This document shows positions 1 through 7,723 of a stretch of DNA of 64,000 bases, one piece after another; the first letter of the stretch is position 1; each line of letters opens with the position of its first letter. The notes beneath the pieces were generated by a model that ran no database searches, was not told where the DNA came from, and was given only the letters and a program-made list of their open reading frames with translations. The position numbers and the translations under genes were made by a program. Source of the stretch: an uncultured Hyphomicrobiales bacterium (GTDB lineage: Bacteria; Bacteroidota; Ignavibacteria; Kapaibacteriales; UBA2268); the NCBI GenBank assembly GCA_964465945.1, contig CAYXMM010000002.1:319098-383097 (forward strand), in the 5' to 3' direction.

Positions 1-45
1 CGACAAAAAATTACGTGAAATGACAAAAAAATTAAAGGAATTAAA

Positions 46-525
46 ATGTTAAATAAAGAATTAATCATACAAAAATGTAAAGAAAATCAAGCATATATAA
101 GCGAATTTACAAAGCTTGTAAATTCTAAAACAGACAAAGAATTTTCAGAAGTATTGTTAGATAATTTGGGATGGTTAAATTCCAAAGATTTAATTAAATA
201 CATTGATACGAAAGAGTTATTAAAATATATAGGAAATAATAATAAATGGATTTATAATTATTGTGCATTTATCGAAGATAGACCTGAACTATGGAGTAAG
301 TTAATTAAAGATATATGGATTTATAAATATTGTAGATTTGTAAAAGATAGGAAAGAATTATGGGCTAAATTAACCAGAGATATATGGATTTATAATTATT
401 GTAGATTTGTAAAAGATAGACCTGAACTATGGGCTAATTTAACTAATAGTGAATGGATTTACTATTATTGCAGATACGTAAAAGATAGACCTGAATTAAG
501 AAAAAAATTAAAGGAGTTAAAATGA
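46..525 (+). CDS. Phage helical-repeat protein, paralog 1 (four 23-aa WIYxYCxxVKDRxELW repeats)
   Basis: ORF with AAGGA RBS; N-terminus MLNKELIIQKC shared with 730-1140. Confidence 0.85.
   Translation: MLNKELIIQKCKENQAYISEFTKLVNSKTDKEFSEVLLDNLGWLNSKDLIKYIDTKELLKYIGNNNKWIYNYCAFIEDRPELWSKLIKDIWIYKYCRFVKDRKELWAKLTRDIWIYNYCRFVKDRPELWANLTNSEWIYYYCRYVKDRPELRKKLKELK
247..522 (+). repeat. Four in-frame 69-bp tandem repeats
   Basis: Units start TGGATTTA at 247, 316, 385, 454. Confidence 0.95.
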
Positions 526-740
526 AAGTTAAAAAAATTGATTATCAAAGAGAAATTGATAATCTAGATGTTAACCCGCAGTTTGTATTTACCGAAACGG
601 AGTTATTACCAAAGTTTATTAAAACTTTGGATTTCATTAAGGAAAATTTACAATTAGAAACAGATATAGAGCCATTAAAGTCAGAGTTGAGAGCGTGGGA
701 AAAAGAATTGTATAAATGGGGTGAAAAAAATGTTAAATAA
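522..740 (+). CDS. Phage hypothetical protein (72 aa)
   Basis: ORF with AAGGAG RBS, ATGA overlap with upstream gene. Confidence 0.75.
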   Translation: MKVKKIDYQREIDNLDVNPQFVFTETELLPKFIKTLDFIKENLQLETDIEPLKSELRAWEKELYKWGEKNVK

Positions 741-1140
741 AGAATTAATCATACAAAAATGTAGAGAAAATGGAGCATGTAGAAGTGAATTTAAAAAGCT
801 TGTAAATTCTCAAAATGATAAAGAATTTTCGGAAGTTTTATTAGATAGTTTAGACTGGTTAAAATTCAAAGATTTAATTCGATATATTGATACGAAGGAA
901 TTATTAAAATATATAGGAAATAATAATTATTGGATTTATGAATTTTGCAAATTTGTCAAAGACAAAAAAGAATTATGGTCTAAATTAAATGAAGATTATT
1001 GGATTTATAATTATTGTAAATACGTAAAAGACAGAAAGGAACTATGGAGTAGATTAACTGACCCAGAGTATATAATAAGATATTGTGAGTATGTAGAAGA
1101 TAGACCAGAACTACGTATGAAATTAAAAAAACAAGATTAA
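730..1140 (+). CDS. Phage helical-repeat protein, paralog 2 (three 23-aa repeats)
   Basis: ATG at 730 gives the same first 34 nt as the gene at 46; ORF track start 721 is an upstream GTG. Confidence 0.85.
   Translation: MLNKELIIQKCRENGACRSEFKKLVNSQNDKEFSEVLLDSLDWLKFKDLIRYIDTKELLKYIGNNNYWIYEFCKFVKDKKELWSKLNEDYWIYNYCKYVKDRKELWSRLTDPEYIIRYCEYVEDRPELRMKLKKQD
931..1137 (+). repeat. Three in-frame 69-bp tandem repeats
   Basis: Units at 931, 1000, 1069, homologous to those at 247-522. Confidence 0.9.
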
Positions 1141-1150
1141 AGGGATTAAA

Positions 1151-1507
1151 ATGTTAGAAGAAATTACATTTGAAAAAATCGTAACAAATAAAGAAGAATT
1201 TATTAAAAAAATTGATACATCGAATTGCTTCATACATTCCACAATAACGGAGTATAACACACCCACTAATAAATACTTAGGTGTCTGGACTGATGAGAAT
1301 GGAGATTTTAATATAGTTCAAATAGATTTGAGTAATGATACTTATTCTGATATCATAAAAATGAAAAAAGGTAGTAAGCACGGAAGGCATCATATTTGGG
1401 TCTTGGAAGATTTTTATTCAAATCATAAGCACATTAAAGAAATTAGCAAAGAGTCATTTATGGAAAGGTTGAACAATGCGAAGGAGTTTTTAAATGATTT
1501 CAATTAA
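1151..1507 (+). CDS. Phage hypothetical protein
   Basis: ORF with conserved RBS motif. Confidence 0.75.
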   Translation: MLEEITFEKIVTNKEEFIKKIDTSNCFIHSTITEYNTPTNKYLGVWTDENGDFNIVQIDLSNDTYSDIIKMKKGSKHGRHHIWVLEDFYSNHKHIKEISKESFMERLNNAKEFLNDFN

Positions 1508-1521
1508 ATTAAAGGGAAAAA

Positions 1522-1839
1522 ATGAAAAAGATAAATAAATATTGGGTCGACAAAAATAATAATAAGTGGTCGATTTTTCTTTTCACGGAAGAAGCAGCAG
1601 AGGGGTTTTCAAAAAGTTTAATTAATTGTTATAATTGTTATAATTCTCGTAATTGCTACCAATGTAATTATTGCACCAATTGTAATGATAGCAATCAATT
1701 ATATAATTGTATTAATTGCTATCAATGTAATAATTCTCGTAATTGTAATGATAGCAATCAATTATATAATTGTTATAATTGCCATAAGTGCGAATGGCTT
1801 AATAACAAATCAAATTATTTATTTAATCAAGCATTTTAA
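1522..1839 (+). CDS. Cys/Asn-rich xNC-repeat protein, probable small beta-solenoid
   Basis: 13 Cys with 3-residue periodicity (NCYNCYNSRNCYQC...). Confidence 0.8.
   Translation: MKKINKYWVDKNNNKWSIFLFTEEAAEGFSKSLINCYNCYNSRNCYQCNYCTNCNDSNQLYNCINCYQCNNSRNCNDSNQLYNCYNCHKCEWLNNKSNYLFNQAF
1678..1773 (+). repeat. Exact 33-bp direct repeat in Cys-rich gene
   Basis: AATTGTAATGATAGCAATCAATTATATAATTGT at 1678-1710 and 1741-1773. Confidence 0.95.
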
Positions 1840-1854
1840 AAAAAAGGAGTTAAA

Positions 1855-2400
1855 ATGATATATAAATACGAACATAAAATTAAAATGTATTCATTAGGAG
1901 TTTATGTTGCAAGACAAAATCAATTAAAATATGTTGGTGATGTAAATAATGACGGAATAGGATATATAGAAAAATCTAAAATAGTTGAAACGTTATTAAT
2001 CGGCTCACCATTTCCGCCTGTTATAATATACGAAGAAAAATTTGACACAATTCTAATTAAGAATGGTGAAATAATAAAAGTATTAATTGAGTTTGTAAAT
2101 AATAAATTCAAACTTGAAAATATAAGTTGCAATGACAATTATTATTACTTTGATTTTACGGACGTTGAAAAAAGAAGATTTTTGAATAAAATAATAGTTA
2201 CATACATGCTTAATGATATACCTAACGAAGATGAAATTGAAGATATTGTTGAACGTTATGAACCAACAAAAATTCAAGATGATTATGATTTAATAAATGG
2301 TGATGATTTTAATAGTGCTCCGAAATTTTTAGAATTAATAGCCAATAACAATAAAGAAAAAGTAAAATATAAAATCGAATTTAAAACAACATCAAATTAA
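1855..2400 (+). CDS. Degenerate DUF262 (GmrSD/SspE N-terminal-like) domain protein
   Basis: SKIVETLLIGSPFPPVIIYEE, EFVNNKFKL and EIEDIVER follow the DUF262 pattern; the DGQQR position reads NGEII. Confidence 0.6.
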   Translation: MIYKYEHKIKMYSLGVYVARQNQLKYVGDVNNDGIGYIEKSKIVETLLIGSPFPPVIIYEEKFDTILIKNGEIIKVLIEFVNNKFKLENISCNDNYYYFDFTDVEKRRFLNKIIVTYMLNDIPNEDEIEDIVERYEPTKIQDDYDLINGDDFNSAPKFLELIANNNKEKVKYKIEFKTTSN

Positions 2401-2417
2401 TAAAAAAAGGAGTTAAA

Positions 2418-2501
2418 ATGAAATTAGCAAAGTGCAAAATTTGCACTTACCAAATTAAAAAGGAGTTAAATGAAAAAATTCAAAACAAATTTACATTATA
2501 A
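2418..2501 (+). CDS. 27-aa CxxC peptide or gene remnant (MKLAKCKICTYQIKKELNEKIQNKFTL)
   Basis: AAGGAGTTAAAATG start identical to that of neighbouring genes; below ORF-track cutoff. Confidence 0.4.
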   Translation: MKLAKCKICTYQIKKELNEKIQNKFTL

Positions 2502-2862
2502 TCTTGTAAATTACGATAAATATCAAAGTGAAAATACTAATATAGAAGGTGGATTTATTGCTTTACACAAAAGCATATTAGACCATGAAATTTACGACAA
2601 CAATGATGAAAAATTGATTTTCATTCATTGCTTGCTAAAAGCAGAAGGGAATAGTGAAATTGTGTTTAATGTAGAAAGAGGGCAACTAAAAACTACCATT
2701 GAAAAATTAGTTGAAGAAACAAACATAAAAAGCGAGCAAATCATTACGGCTTTAAATTCTTTGAAAGAAAAAGGAATGATTGAAATTAAAGATTTGGATT
2801 ATAGAAAAATTCAACTAATTACTATTTGCAACTATAACGACTATCAAGATGAAGAATATTAA
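2470..2862 (+). CDS. Phage replication initiator N-terminal HTH-like protein (short)
   Basis: FIALHKSILDH...LIFIHCLLKA...RGQ...ITICNYNDYQ pattern of phage replisome-organiser N-termini. Confidence 0.65.
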   Translation: MKKFKTNLHYNLVNYDKYQSENTNIEGGFIALHKSILDHEIYDNNDEKLIFIHCLLKAEGNSEIVFNVERGQLKTTIEKLVEETNIKSEQIITALNSLKEKGMIEIKDLDYRKIQLITICNYNDYQDEEY

Positions 2863-3250
2863 TAAATTAAAGGAAAATCTTATGAATGAGATAGATAATG
2901 ATATTAACCAATTAGTTAGAGACTTAACACTAGACACACACAAATTAAAGAATTTGACAAATGAATTAGAACTAAGGAAAAAACAATCATTAGAATTAGA
3001 AGAAAGAAAGGCGGAATATAATTATCTAAGTTCAATAACAACATCTATATGCAACAAAATAATCAGAGACATTGAAAACGACGAACAAATGAAAAATCAG
3101 GGGCAAGGGATTGTTATCGTTAATAATTTTCTCGACAAAAATCTTGATGAAATAGAACAAAAGTTGGAACTAATAAATGGCCAACAAACAATTTGCAATA
3201 AAAAAATAAATAAAATAAAAGAACAAATACGAGAAATATTATTATTGTGA
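2849..3250 (+). CDS. Phage coiled-coil hypothetical protein
   Basis: ORF rich in heptad L/E/K/N. Confidence 0.7.
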   Translation: MKNINKLKENLMNEIDNDINQLVRDLTLDTHKLKNLTNELELRKKQSLELEERKAEYNYLSSITTSICNKIIRDIENDEQMKNQGQGIVIVNNFLDKNLDEIEQKLELINGQQTICNKKINKIKEQIREILLL

Positions 3251-3277
3251 TATATTTTAATAAATAAAGGAATTAAA

Positions 3278-3496
3278 ATGAAACAAGATTTATTACTAAA
3301 AATTCAGATACGTAAAATATCAGACAAAAGGGCGCCTCAACTTAGAGAGATGAAAACTATTCTAACCGACGATGAAAATGTAGTTGGAGAAATCGAAGAA
3401 TATTACAAAAATAATTTACCTGAGTATTATTCATATAAAGACCACGATATTGTTTTTACGATTGAAGATAGAGCATTCAATAATTGGGAAATATGA
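3278..3496 (+). CDS. Phage hypothetical protein (72 aa)
   Basis: AAAGGAATTAAAATG RBS motif. Confidence 0.7.
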   Translation: MKQDLLLKIQIRKISDKRAPQLREMKTILTDDENVVGEIEEYYKNNLPEYYSYKDHDIVFTIEDRAFNNWEI

Positions 3497-3698
3497 TGCA
3501 AAAAAACGATTATGGAATATAGAACGGAATAATATCAATAAATATTCTAAAATATTTGGATTAATCAAAGTAAATATAGATTTACTAAAGTTTTACTTCT
3601 TATAATTGTCAGGCAATTTAAAGAAGATATACTTTTAGACAGAAAAAGGGCAAACGTTGTTAATTGTATTTTAATGAAAATTGATAAGGATTATGAAT

Positions 3699-4334
3699 AT
3701 GAATGAAAATTTAGAGTTGTTAATTAAAGATGTATATGCTGGATTAGAATTATTGCCACCCGATTTACAAGGGTGGAATGGTAATGACATCATTTTTGAA
3801 GAATTGATTGTAAAAACAGGACCTAAGTTAATTATTGAAGTTGGAACTTGGAAAGGACAATCGGCTATTAATATGGGTAAATTAATCAAACTTTATAATT
3901 TAGATTGTAAGATTATTTGTATTGATACGTGGCTCGGTTCGTTAGAGTTTATAGACGATACAAGTCAAGAGCGTAATTTACATAAGAGAAATGGTTATCC
4001 AACTATTTATTATCAATTCTTATCTAATGTAGTTCACAATGATTTGCAAGATGTAATAATTCCTTTACCTATAGACAGCCGAAATGCTTTTAGATATTTG
4101 CAAAAGATTAAGATTAAAGCCGATTTGATTTATATAGATGGTTCGCACGAGTATAATGATATTTATGATGATGTAAGTAATTATTATAAATTACTAACGG
4201 ATAAAGGCGTTATTTTTGGAGATGATTATAATAAAGCAGAATGGATTGATGTAGTAACTGCAGTTAATACATATTGTAACCAAAACTACAAAAATTTGGT
4301 AATTAAAGATAGGTTCTGGATAATCAAAAATTGA
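3699..4334 (+). CDS. Class I SAM-dependent methyltransferase (Methyltransf_24-like)
   Basis: IEVGTWKGQS, CIDTW, IYIDGSH, GDDY motifs; ATG 3699 sits 8 nt after AAGGA. Confidence 0.85.
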   Translation: MNENLELLIKDVYAGLELLPPDLQGWNGNDIIFEELIVKTGPKLIIEVGTWKGQSAINMGKLIKLYNLDCKIICIDTWLGSLEFIDDTSQERNLHKRNGYPTIYYQFLSNVVHNDLQDVIIPLPIDSRNAFRYLQKIKIKADLIYIDGSHEYNDIYDDVSNYYKLLTDKGVIFGDDYNKAEWIDVVTAVNTYCNQNYKNLVIKDRFWIIKN

Positions 4335-4793
4335 TTATCTAGTTAAGAAAGAGGCAATGACTTCATATATTTCCTCTAAATCGTCGGGTGATAATACAAT
4401 AAATGGACGTGCAGGTATTGATTTAGTTCCAAATTGATGAAATATAGAATATGGAGCATTGCTAGATATATAAATTTGATTATTTGAATGACCTACTTCT
4501 ATGTTCCTTTTAAGGTTACCTGTTCGGTATAAAATTGGAGTAATACCTAATCTGGAATTTGAGTAACTTTTAATAGTAGAATTACTTAGTTTAGCCCATT
4601 TTTCAGTACCACCTGAAAATAGGTCTATTTTAGAAGCGTTACCGTTCCAAGCACCTTGTAAATCAAAATTACGATTTATAATTTCAGAGATTAGTGCTAC
4701 TACATGAGGAAGCACTAAATTTAACTTAATATCGTCTCTAATTTCAGTAAGAGTTATATTAATTTTTTTAATAATATTATCGGAATTTAGCAT
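4335..4793 (-). CDS. Phage virion morphogenesis protein (Mu gpG-like)
   Basis: PILYRTGNLKRNI, YSIFHQFGT, IPARPF motifs; likely ATG at 4793 (the ORF-track extension to 4910 looks like shadow). Confidence 0.85.
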   Translation of the reverse strand: MLNSDNIIKKINITLTEIRDDIKLNLVLPHVVALISEIINRNFDLQGAWNGNASKIDLFSGGTEKWAKLSNSTIKSYSNSRLGITPILYRTGNLKRNIEVGHSNNQIYISSNAPYSIFHQFGTKSIPARPFIVLSPDDLEEIYEVIASFLTR

Positions 4794-4794
4794 A

Positions 4795-4971
4795 ATGGCA
4801 GAATCTTTAAATAATGAAAAAAAACCTATTTCAATGGGAGAACGTTGGCAAAGCGATATTAAAAGCATTTCCATAATGATAGAAAAGCAAGAAGAAAAAC
4901 CCAAAATCACAAAAGAGATAAGAGAATATTTTAAAAAAGAGTTTGGAGTTACTCTTTTGGATAATAAATGA
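4795..4971 (+). CDS. Unannotated 58-aa antisense ORF, candidate immunity protein of MuF-ART
   Basis: ATG 4795 to TGA 4969-4971, MAESLNNEKKPISMGERWQSDIKSISIMIEKQEEKPKITKEIREYFKKEFGVTLLDNK; A-rich plus strand unlike the T-rich flanks. Confidence 0.6.
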   Translation: MAESLNNEKKPISMGERWQSDIKSISIMIEKQEEKPKITKEIREYFKKEFGVTLLDNK

Positions 4972-6340
4972 GTGTAGCATAAAGAGTTTCAACATCTCTT
5001 TCTACTGGTTTTTTTCCTGTAATTTTAGTCATATCTGTTTTAACTTTTTTTTCTTTTATTAAATTAGTAACGTAAAAGCTTGAATTTGGTCTAAAAAGGA
5101 ACTCTTTTTCAAAATCACTTGCTACTCCTAACTTAGAACCTTTACCTACTTTAATCGTCATAAATATGCTATCCGCCCTATCATTATTAATATTAGCATA
5201 ACTTAATGAAATATCTTTTGAAGATGAGGCACTTAGAAAGGCTTTTTCTATAAATATTCCACTTTCTAAATCTTTTAAGATATTTAAATAGTCGTTAGTA
5301 AAACCTTCTGGGAAAAACATTCCACGATATAATAGTATGCTATGATTTAATTCATAACTTAAATCACCCTCTATGATTGTATTTGTTTTTTTAATATATT
5401 CATCTGTTAGTGATTGGTCGTCATTTGTTCCCCTTAACACTCTATTATATTTATCGTATGCTTCTCCCGCATATTCTTTAATACAATCTTTAACTTCTGG
5501 TTTTAAAGTTTCAAGATAATTAACACTTATATCTTTATATTCTTCATTAGACAATTCTTTAAATAAAATTTTGCTAAACATATTAATTAAATCCTCTTTA
5601 ACTTTATCTGGATACTGGCTTAAATCAGGTTTAAAATCTTCGGTAATTTTAAGTCCGTCTTTTTTGGTTTGATTTAATTGCTTCTTAAAAACATCGTCAT
5701 TACTTAAACGCTTTAAAAAATCATTTCCATTCTCAATTTTGATGCCCTCGTTATCTACTTCTTTTTGACTTAATGAACGGACAGAGCATTTGCAACCAAA
5801 TCGAGAGGGTGGATAGAATGTAGACCAGAAAGGATCATCATAAGGCAATACTTTGCCATAAAATTGTCTATGAAAATCGTTTTTTTCAGCCGATGTAGAG
5901 GCAATGTATTTCAAGTAAGGTCTAATACCAGATTTGCCTAATCTTTGTTGATGCTCATATTGTCCTTTTGCATAAGCAATATTCAAATTAGTTTCATAAA
6001 CAACTTTCAACCGATTTTCAGTTAATTTAGTTAATTTCCTTAATTCTTCGGTATCTTCTAAAAATTCGGTTAATGTTTGCCCTTTCTTTTTTGCTTCTTC
6101 AAGTTTATCATAAATTGCTTTAAGCATATCAGCCGAATGAATACCAGCCACCGTGAATGCTTGGTTGTGTGCTTTGGTGCTCATCTCTTGCCAATTAACC
6201 GTAGTTTTAAGATTTTTACCTTTATTTCGTAAATATTCAAGTTGTTTTTCGGGCTTCATTGTTAAGAGTTCTTTCATTATTTTATCTTTATCGAACTCAC
6301 TAAAAGCCAGGTTCAACATTTTTTTACTAAATATCCGCAT
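4949..6340 (-). CDS. MuF (gpF/SPP1 gp7-like) head protein fused to C-terminal VIP2-like ADP-ribosyltransferase
   Basis: N-terminal VYETN...AYAKG, YPPSRFGCKCSV; C-terminal YxxYNRVLRG, LYRG, FLSASS, FEKE (R-S-E). Probable ATG 6340 after GGGGGT. Confidence 0.9.
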   Translation of the reverse strand: MRIFSKKMLNLAFSEFDKDKIMKELLTMKPEKQLEYLRNKGKNLKTTVNWQEMSTKAHNQAFTVAGIHSADMLKAIYDKLEEAKKKGQTLTEFLEDTEELRKLTKLTENRLKVVYETNLNIAYAKGQYEHQQRLGKSGIRPYLKYIASTSAEKNDFHRQFYGKVLPYDDPFWSTFYPPSRFGCKCSVRSLSQKEVDNEGIKIENGNDFLKRLSNDDVFKKQLNQTKKDGLKITEDFKPDLSQYPDKVKEDLINMFSKILFKELSNEEYKDISVNYLETLKPEVKDCIKEYAGEAYDKYNRVLRGTNDDQSLTDEYIKKTNTIIEGDLSYELNHSILLYRGMFFPEGFTNDYLNILKDLESGIFIEKAFLSASSSKDISLSYANINNDRADSIFMTIKVGKGSKLGVASDFEKEFLFRPNSSFYVTNLIKEKKVKTDMTKITGKKPVERDVETLYATLIYYPKE

Positions 6341-7715
6341 TAAATACACCCCCTGCTTGTGAAGCCATTATTGCTGTTTTAAATAATTCTTCGATTTCAG
6401 AACTATCTAAATTTGAGTATCTATTTTCAATTAACTCTCTTGCTTCTTCGATAGTATTAGATTGTGTTATTAACTTAACTGCATAGTTCAACATTTTTTC
6501 ATTTGCTTTAAGTAATGCTTCCATTCCTGTATCGTCTATATGGTCGTGTTCTTCGTCCCCTTCAGTAAATTGAGGTGATGCTGGTGCGGATATTTCAAAT
6601 TCGTCTTCGGCTATACCATAATTTTTTTGAATGTAATTTTTATTAAATTTAATACCTACTTGTGTGGCTAATAGTCCATCTCTTTCAGCTAATATCTTAT
6701 CGACATCTTCTTGTTGATATAATCTAAAACGTGGAATATTAGATATAGTGCCGTAATTTATAGTGTATATTTTCTTAATTAATTCATTAAAAGCGGCTTC
6801 AACCATTTTTTTATCTGATTCAACTACGTCCGACCTTACTTGTAGATGTGTTTGGGACATTGCATAAGAACCGACATCACCTTGCTCCGTTGTTAATGTT
6901 TGTGATAAGATTACTTTCGATAGTTCAGAGTTCCAGAGGTGAATGAAGTCTTTAAATATCATTGGCGAGCTTGCTTTTGTTAAGTCAAGAAAAGTTACAT
7001 CGTCATCAGAATTAGTGACAACTACACCATCATGTCTGGCTTTATCTAAAGTCAATAGTAAATCTTCTGTACTTTTTTCAATAGTGGAGTTGGTTTTACC
7101 ATATAAAAACGGCATGCCATATTTTTCAATATAAGTAAGCCAAAATTTCGTTACATCTTTTTTAAATTTAACTGCCCAAAAACATTTAGAAAGCAATGCT
7201 TCACCGTAAGGATTAGTATAGGTTGCATTATGTTGAAGCAACAAAAATTTATTATTATTACAATAGACTTTTTCATTTTTAGCATTTACAAAATAACCTA
7301 AGTTATTAGAATTAAAAACGAACCAATCACATGGTTTGCCTATTATATCGACAGGTACATAAAAGCCATTGGTTAGTCGCCAATATATTTCAAGATATTT
7401 AAACCCATAAAGAGGGGCTTCCAGCATCTCTGATATTATTCGGTTTATATTAAGATTATTAAATATATTTTTAATAAATTCGTTCTCTCGACTCTCATCG
7501 TCATATAATATCTCCCATTCTAGCGAAAGTACACCAGATTTACGTGATTGAATTATACTCGATAAATGTGGGTCAGTTCTTAAATCATCGTAAGAACTAA
7601 TTCTATTACCTATTTGTCTTAATATTTTGTCTGGATTTGGCAGTTCATTATTAACAAAAGTTTTAAGCCAAGAATGCGATGTATCTCTTACAATTACATC
7701 TAATAAATTATTCAT
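6327..7715 (-). CDS. Portal protein (DUF935 / Mu gp29-like)
   Basis: NPYGEALL, IEKYGMP, ILSQTLTT, GSYAMSQTH motifs. Confidence 0.92.
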   Translation of the reverse strand: MNNLLDVIVRDTSHSWLKTFVNNELPNPDKILRQIGNRISSYDDLRTDPHLSSIIQSRKSGVLSLEWEILYDDESRENEFIKNIFNNLNINRIISEMLEAPLYGFKYLEIYWRLTNGFYVPVDIIGKPCDWFVFNSNNLGYFVNAKNEKVYCNNNKFLLLQHNATYTNPYGEALLSKCFWAVKFKKDVTKFWLTYIEKYGMPFLYGKTNSTIEKSTEDLLLTLDKARHDGVVVTNSDDDVTFLDLTKASSPMIFKDFIHLWNSELSKVILSQTLTTEQGDVGSYAMSQTHLQVRSDVVESDKKMVEAAFNELIKKIYTINYGTISNIPRFRLYQQEDVDKILAERDGLLATQVGIKFNKNYIQKNYGIAEDEFEISAPASPQFTEGDEEHDHIDDTGMEALLKANEKMLNYAVKLITQSNTIEEARELIENRYSNLDSSEIEELFKTAIMASQAGGVFNADI

Positions 7716-7723
7716 ATTTATCC

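Noticed and set aside
247-1137. 69-bp repeats as a CRISPR array or DGR template/variable repeats
   Set aside because: Repeats are contiguous, in frame and have no spacers; differences are not adenine-specific; no cas or reverse transcriptase gene in the window.
3384-3680. ORF 3384-3605 and other frames in the gap before the methyltransferase
   Set aside because: TTG start overlapping a better-supported gene, no RBS or recognisable motif; left unassigned.
4794-4910. N-terminal extension of gpG given in the ORF track
   Set aside because: F/S/I/L-rich text typical of an antisense shadow; a plus-strand ORF explains the region better.
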